64,000 nucleotides of DNA, from assembly GCA_051362555.1 (NCBI GenBank), contig JBPQGU010000016.1, forward strand, positions 4,464,001 through 4,528,000. Reading direction: 5' to 3'. This document shows positions 56,107 to 64,000 of this stretch, piece after piece. Numbering within the stretch: the stretch's first letter is position 1; the number at the start of each line of letters is the position of its first letter. The notes under the pieces were generated by a model. It was given only the letters and a program-made list of their open reading frames with translations, searched no databases and had not been told where the DNA came from. The DNA comes from Lingula anatina. Lineage: Eukaryota; Animalia; Brachiopoda. A program made the position numbers and the translations under genes.

Positions 56107-59100
56107 CACTGTTCAAAATCACTCAAAATCACCAAAAATCGACCCGTCTCTGATTTTTCCAAAAAGTGACGAAAATCAATCTACCACACCTGTCATTCAT
56201 AAAAAATGTGGAAACGCGCCCGGGTCACTTCATCAAGGCCCCCAATTCTAGCTTTAAAGATGATCCAAAAATAAGCTCTGAGAACAGAATCTGAGAGGGG
56301 GGGGGGGACAGAGTTTTTGCTCTATTTCTTCCTTAATGTTGACACCACCACTCTTCCAGCACTTTATTCTTACTACAAATGACCGAACACACCTACCTGA
56401 CACTATAATGAAGAAAAAAAATTTTCATCCCTACCTGGCCAAAATTGAAGAAATCTCACAGTGCCGGCACTGTTCAAAATCACTCAAAATCACCAAAAAT
56501 CGACCCGTCTCCGATTTTTCCAAAAAGTGACGAAAATCAATCTACCACACCTGTCATTCATAAAAAATGTGGAAACGCGCCCGGGTCACTTCATCAAGGC
56601 CCCCAATTCTAGCTTTAAAGATGATCCAAAAATAAGCTCTGAGAACAGAATCTGAGAGGGGGGGGGGGACAGAGTTTTTGCTCTATTTCTTCCTTAATGT
56701 TGACACCACCACTCTTCCAGCACTTTATTCTTACTACAAATGACCGAACACACCTACCTGACACTATAATGAAGAAAAAAAATTTTCATCCCTACCTGGC
56801 CAAAATTGAAGAAATCTCACAGTGCCGGCACTGTTCAAAATCACTCAAAATCACCAAAAATCGACCCGTCTCCGATTTTTCCAAAAAGTGACGAAAATCA
56901 ATCTACCACACCTGTCATTCATAAAAAATGTGGAAACGCGCCCGGGTCACTTCATCAAGGCCCCCAATTCTAGCTTTAAAGATGATCCAAAAATAAGCTC
57001 TGAGAACAGAATCTGAGAGGGGGGGGGGGGGACAGAGTTTTTGCTCTATTTCTTCCTTAATGTTGACACCACCACTCTTCCAGCACTTTATTCTTACTAC
57101 AAATGACCGAACACACCTACCTGACACTATAATGAAGAAAAAAAATTTTCATCCCTACCTGGCCAAAATTGAAGAAATCTCACAGTGCCGGCACTGTTCA
57201 AAATCACTCAAAATCACCAAAAATCGACCCGTCTCCGATTTTTCCAAAAAGTGACGAAAATCAATCTACCACACCTGTCATTCATAAAAAATGTGGAAAC
57301 GCGCCCGGGTCACTTCATCAAGGCCCCCAATTCTAGCTTTAAAGATGATCCAAAAATAAGCTCTGAGAACAGAATCTGACAGGGGGGGGGGGGGGGGACA
57401 GAGTTTTTGCTCTATTTCTTCCTTAATGTTGACACCACCACTCTTCCAGCACTTTATTCTTACTACAAATGACCGAACACACCTACCTGACACTATAATG
57501 AAGAAAAAAAATTTTCATCCCTACCTGGCCAAAATTGAAGAAATCTCACAGTGCCGGCACTGTTCAAAATCACTCAAAATCACCAAAAATCGACCCGTCT
57601 CCGATTTTTCCAAAAAGTGACGAAAATCAATCTACCACACCTGTCATTCATAAAAAATGTGGAAACGCGCCCGGGTCACTTCATCAAGGCCCCCAATTCT
57701 AGCTTTAAAGATGATCCAAAAATAAGCTCTGAGAACAGAATCTGAGAGAGGGGGGGGGGACAGAGTTTTTGCTCTATTTCTTCCTTAATGTTGACACCAC
57801 CACTCTTCCAGCACTTTATTCTTACTACAAATGACCGAACACACCTACCTGACACTATAATGAAGAAAAAAAATTTTCATCCCTACCTGGCCAAAATTGA
57901 AGAAATCTCACAGTGCCGGCACTGTTCAAAATCACTCAAAATCACCAAAAATCGACCCGTCTCCGATTTTTCCAAAAAGTGACGAAAATCAATCTACCAC
58001 ACCTGTCATTCATAAAAAATGTGGAAACGCGCCCGGGTCACTTCATCAAGGCCCCCAATTCTAGCTTTAAAGATGATCCAAAAATAAGCTCTGAGAACAG
58101 AATCTGACAGGGGGGGGGGGACAGAGTTTTTGCTCTATTTCTTCCTTAATGTTGACACCACCACTCTTCCAGCACTTTATTCTTACTACAAATGACCGAA
58201 CACACCTACCTGACACTATAATGAAGAAAAAAAATTTTCATCCCTACCTGGCCAAAATTGAAGAAATCTCACAGTGCCGGCACTGTTCAAAATCACTCAA
58301 AATCACCAAAAATCGACCCGTCTCCGATTTTTCCAAAAAGTGACGAAAATCAATCTACCACACCTGTCATTCATAAAAAATGTGGAAACGCGCCCGGGTC
58401 ACTTCATCAAGGCCCCCAATTCTAGCTTTAAAGATGATCCAAAAATAAGCTCTGAGAACAGAATCTGAGAGGGGGGGGGGGGGACAGAGTTTTTGCTCTA
58501 TTTCTTCCTTAATGTTGACACCACCACTCTTCCAGCACTTTATTCTTACTACAAATGACCGAACACACCTACCTGACACTATAATGAAGAAAAAAAATTT
58601 TCATCCCTACCTGGCCAAAATTGAAGAAATCTCACAGTGCCGGCACTGTTCAAAATCACTCAAAATCACCAAAAATCGACCCGTCTCCGATTTTTCCAAA
58701 AAGTGACGAAAATCAATCTACCACACCTGTCATTCATAAAAAATGTGGAAACGCGCCCGGGTCACTTCATCAAGGCCCCCAATTCTAGCTTTAAAGATGA
58801 TCCAAAAATAAGCTCTGAGAACAGAATCTGAGAGGGGGGGGGGACAGAGTTTTTGCTCTATTTCTTCCTTAATGTTGACACCACCACTCTTCCAGCACTT
58901 TATTCTTACTACAAATGACCGAACACACCTACCTGACACTATAATGAAGAAAAAAAATTTTCATCCCTACCTAGCCAAAATTGAAGAAATCTCACAGTGC
59001 CGGCACTGTTCAAAATCACTCAAAATCACCAAAAATCGACCCGTCTCCGATTTTTCCAAAAAGTGACGAAAATCAATCTACCACACCTGTCATTCATAAA

Positions 59101-62100
59101 AAATGTGGAAACGCGCCCGGGTCACTTCATCAAGGCCCCCAATTCTAGCTTTAAAGATGATCCAAAAATAAGCTCTGAGAACAGAATCTGAGAGGGGGGG
59201 GGGACAGAGTTTTTGCTCTATTTCTTCCTTAATGTTGACACCACCACTCTTCCAGCACTTTATTCTTACTACAAATGACCGAACACACCTACCTGACACT
59301 ATAATGAAGAAAAAAAATTTTCATCCCTACCTGGCCAAAATTGAAGAAATCTCACAGTGCCGGCACTGTTCAAAATCACTCAAAATCACCAAAAATCGAC
59401 CCGTCTCCGATTTTTCCAAAAAGTGACGAAAATCAATCTACCACACCTGTCATTCATAAAAAATGTGGAAACGCGCCCGGGTCACTTCATCAAGGCCCCC
59501 AATTCTAGCTTTAAAGATGATCCAAAAATAAGCTCTGAGAACAGAATCTGAGAGGGGGGGGGGGGACAGAGTTTTTGCTCTATTTCTTCCTTAATGTTGA
59601 CACCACCACTCTTCCAGCACTTTATTCTTACTACAAATGACCGAACACACCTACCTGACACTATAATGAAGAAAAAAAATTTTCATCCCTACCTGGCCAA
59701 AATTGAAGAAATCTCAAAGTGCCGGCACTGTTCAAAATCACTCAAAATCACCAAAAATCGACCCGTCTCCGATTTTTCCAAAAAGTGACGAAAATCAATC
59801 TACCACACCTGTCATTCATAAAAAATGTGGAAACGCGCCCGGGTCACTTCATCAAGGCCCCCAATTCTAGCTTTAAAGATGATCCAAAAATAAGCTCTGA
59901 GAACAGAATCTGACAGGGGGGGGGGGGGACAGAGTTTTTGCTCTATTTCTTCCTTAATGTTGACACCACCACTCTTCCAGCACTTTATTCTTACTACAAA
60001 TGACCGAACACACCTACCTGACACTATAATGAAGAAAAAAAATTTTCATCCCTACCTGGCCAAAATTGAAGAAATCTCACAGTGCCGGCACTGTTCAAAA
60101 TCACTCAAAATCACCAAAAATCGACCCGTCTCCGATTTTTCCAAAAAGTGACGAAAATCAATCTACCACACCTGTCATTCATAAAAAATGTGGAAACGCG
60201 CCCGGGTCACTTCATCAAGGCCCCCAATTCTAGCTTTAAAGATGATCCAAAAATAAGCTCTGAGAACAGAATCTGAGAGGGGGGGGGGGGGACAGAGTTT
60301 TTGCTCTATTTCTTCCTTAATGTTGACACCACCACTCTTCCAGCACTTTATTCTTACTACAAATGACCGAACACACCTACCTGACACTATAATGAAGAAA
60401 AAAATTTTTCATCCCTACCTGGCCAAAATTGAAGAAATCTCACAGTGCCGGCACTGTTCAAAATCACTCAAAATCACCAAAAATCGACCCGTCTCCGATT
60501 TTTCCAAAAAGTGACGAAAATCAATCTACCACACCTGTCATTCATAAAAAATGTGGAAACGCGCCCGGGTCACTTCATCAAGGCCCCCAATTCTAGCTTT
60601 AAAGATGATCCAAAAATAAGCTCTGAGAACAGAATCTGAGAGGGGGGGGGGGGACAGAGTTTTTGCTCTATTTCTTCCTTAATGTTGACACCACCACTCT
60701 TCCAGCACTTTATTCTTACTACAAATGACCGAACACACCTACCTGACACTATAATGAAGAAAAAAAATTTTCATCCCTACCTGGCCAAAATTGAAGAAAT
60801 CTCACAGTGCCGGCACTGTTCAAAATCACTCAAAATCACCAAAAATCGACCCGTCTCCGATTTTTCCAAAAAGTGACGAAAATCAATCTACCACACCTGT
60901 CATTCATAAAAAATGTGGAAACGCGCCCGGGTCACTTCATCAAGGCCCCCAATTCTAGCTTTAAAGATGATCCAAAAATAAGCTCTGAGAACAGAATCTG
61001 ACAGGGGGGGGGGGACAGAGTTTTTGCTCTATTTCTTCCTTAATGTTGACACCACCACTCTTCCAGCACTTTATTCTTACTACAAATGACCGAACACACC
61101 TACCTGACACTATAATGAAGAAAAAAAATTTTCATCCCTACCTGGCCAAAATTGAAGAAATCTCACAGTGCCGGCACTGTTCAAAATCACTCAAAATCAC
61201 CAAAAATCGACCCGTCTCCGATTTTTCCAAAAAGTGACGAAAATCAATCTACCACACCTGTCATTCATAAAAAATGTGGAAACGCGCCCGGGTCACTTCA
61301 TCAAGGCCCCCAATTCTAGCTTTAAAGATGATCCAAAAATAAGCTCTGAGAACAGAATCTGAGAGGGGGGGGGGGGACAGAGTTTTTGCTCTATTTCTTC
61401 CTTAATGTTGACACCACCACTCTTCCAGCACTTTATTCTTACTACAAATGACCGAACACACCTACCTGACACTATAATGAAGAAAAAAAATTTTCATCCC
61501 TACCTGGCCAAAATTGAAGAAATCTCACAGTGCCGGCACTGTTCAAAATCACTCAAAATCACCAAAAATCGACCCGTCTCCGATTTTTCCAAAAAGTGAC
61601 GAAAATCAATCTACCACACCTGTCATTCATAAAAAATGTGGAAACGCGCCCGGGTCACTTCATCAAGGCCCCCAATTCTAGCTTTAAAGATGATCCAAAA
61701 ATAAGCTCTGAGAACAGAATCTGAGAGGGGGGGGGGGGGACAGAGTTTTTGCTCTATTTCTTCCTTAATGTTGACACCACCACTCTTCCAGCACTTTATT
61801 CTTACTACAAATGACCGAACACACCTACCTGACACTATAATGAAGAAAAAAATTTTTCATCCCTACCTGGCCAAAATTGAAGAAATCTCACAGTGCCGGC
61901 ACTGTTCAAAATCACTCAAAATCACCAAAAATCGACCCGTCTCCGATTTTTCCAAAAAGTGACGAAAATCAATCTACCACACCTGTCATTCATAAAAAAT
62001 GTGGAAACGCGCCCGGGTCACTTCATCAAGGCCCCCAATTCTAGCTTTAAAGATGATCCAAAAATAAGCTCTGAGAACAGAATCTGAGAGGGGGGGGGGG

Positions 62101-64000
62101 GACAGAGTTTTTGCTCTATTTCTTCCTTAATGTTGACACCACCACTCTTCCAGCACTTTATTCTTACTACAAATGACCGAACACACCTACCTGACACTAT
62201 AATGAAGAAAAAAAATTTTCATCCCTACCTGGCCAAAATTGAAGAAATCTCACAGTGCCGGCACTGTTCAAAATCACTCAAAATCACCAAAAATCGACCC
62301 GTCTCCGATTTTTCCAAAAAGTGACGAAAATCAATCTACCACACCTGTCATTCATAAAAAATGTGGAAACGCGCCCGGGTCACTTCATCAAGGCCCCCAA
62401 TTCTAGCTTTAAAGATGATCCAAAAATAAGCTCTGAGAACAGAATCTGACAGGGGGGGGGGGGGACAGAGTTTTTGCTCTATTTCTTCCTTAATGTTGAC
62501 ACCACCACTCTTCCAGCACTTTATTCTTACTACAAATGACCGAACACACCTACCTGACACTATAATGAAGAAAAAAAATTTTCATCCCTACCTGGCCAAA
62601 ATTGAAGAAATCTCACAGTGCCGGCACTGTTCAAAATCACTCAAAATCACCAAAAATCGACCCGTCTCCGATTTTTCCAAAAAGTGACGAAAATCAATCT
62701 ACCACACCTGTCATTCATAAAAAATGTGGAAACGCGCCCGGGTCACTTCATCAAGGCCCCCAATTCTAGCTTTAAAGATGATCCAAAAATAAGCTCTGAG
62801 AACAGAATCTGAGAGGGGGGGGGGGACAGAGTTTTTGCTCTATTTCTTCCTTAATGTTGACACCACCACTCTTCCAGCACTTTATTCTTACTACAAATGA
62901 CCGAACACACCTACCTGACACTATAATGAAGAAAAAAAATTTTCATCCCTACCTGGCCAAAATTGAAGAAATCTCACAGTGCCGGCACTGTTCAAAATCA
63001 CTCAAAATCACCAAAAATCGACCCGTCTCCGATTTTTCCAAAAAGTGACGAAAATCAATCTACCACACCTGTCATTCATAAAAAATGTGGAAACGCGCCC
63101 GGGTCACTTCATCAAGGCCCCCAATTCTAGCTTTAAAGATGATCCAAAAATAAGCTCTGAGAACAGAATCTGAGAGGGGGGGGGGGACAGAGTTTTTTCT
63201 CTATTTCTTCCTTAATGTTGACACCACCACTCTTCCAGCACTTTATTCTTACTACAAATGACCGAACACACCTACCTGACACTATAATGAAGAAAAAAAA
63301 TTTTCATCCCTACCTGGCCAAAATTGAAGAAATCTCACAGTGCCGGCACTGTTCAAAATCACTCAAAATCACCAAAAATCGACCCGTCTCCGATTTTTCC
63401 AAAAAGTGACGAAAATCAATCTACCACACCTGTCATTCATAAAAAATGTGGAAACGCGCCCGGGTCACTTCATCAAGGCCCCCAATTCTAGCTTTAAAGA
63501 TGATCCAAAAATAAGCTCTGAGAACAGAATCTGAGAGGGGGGGGGGGACAGAGTTTTTGCTCTATTTCTTCCTTAATGTTGACACCACCACTCTTCTAGC
63601 ACTTTATTCTTACTACAAATGACCGAACACACCTACCTGACACTATAATGAAGAAAAAAAATTTTCATCCCTACCTGGCCAAAATTGAAGAAATCTCACA
63701 GTGCCGGCACTGTTCAAAATCACTCAAAATCACCAAAAATCGACCCGTCTCCGATTTTTCCAAAAAGTGACGAAAATCAATCTACCACACCTGTCATTCA
63801 TAAAAAATGTGGAAACGCGCCCGGGTCACTTCATCAAGGCCCCCAATTCTAGCTTTAAAGATGATCCAAAAATAAGCTCTGAGAACAGAATCTGAGAGGG
63901 GGGGGGGGGACAGAGTTTTTGCTCTATTTCTTCCTTAATGTTGACACCACCACTCTTCCAGCACTTTATTCTTACTACAAATGACCGAACACACCTACCT
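56103..64000 (+). repeat. Same ~360-bp satellite array resuming in phase after the insertion, about 22 copies (continues beyond the right edge)
   Basis: The sequence resumes at CCGGCACTGTTCAAAATC (56103), the continuation of the monomer broken at 53469, in the same orientation. Confidence 0.99.

Noticed and set aside
54775-56169. ORFs of 73-124 aa in the right arm of the insertion
   Set aside because: They are translations of the 185-bp and 33-bp repeats, and one reads through into the satellite. None has an integrase or transposase motif.
294-63895. Hundreds of repeated 60-96 aa ORFs (MLTPPLFQ..., MPALFKIT..., MSGRCVRS...)
   Set aside because: They are translations of the satellite monomer in overlapping frames. 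Several start at GTG, they are freely broken by stops and frameshifts, and they show no recognisable domain.

Overview
The window is almost entirely a head-to-tail tandem array of one AT-rich ~360-bp satellite monomer (about 170 copies; most are 358-370 bp, with length variation mainly from a poly-G tract). This is typical of eukaryotic centromeric or heterochromatic DNA. The hundreds of repeated 60-96 aa ORFs are by-products of the repeat, not genes. The array is interrupted once, at 53470-56102, by a 2633-bp non-coding element. It has TGT...ACA termini, long terminal inverted repeats and an exact CCGG target-site duplication, which match the published hallmarks of Ginger1 DNA transposons. 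It appears non-autonomous and foldback-like: both arms are built from a ~185-bp tandem unit (3 copies left, 7 right) plus 33-bp hairpin subrepeats, around a ~600-bp unique core. It sits exactly at the centre of a perfect 16-bp palindrome present in the monomer. Shared variants show short-lived higher-order duplications (2- to 11-mers), frequent CpG transitions, a divergence gradient, one 63-bp deleted monomer and a stepwise variant series that perfects a quasi-palindrome. All coordinates and alignments were read by eye.
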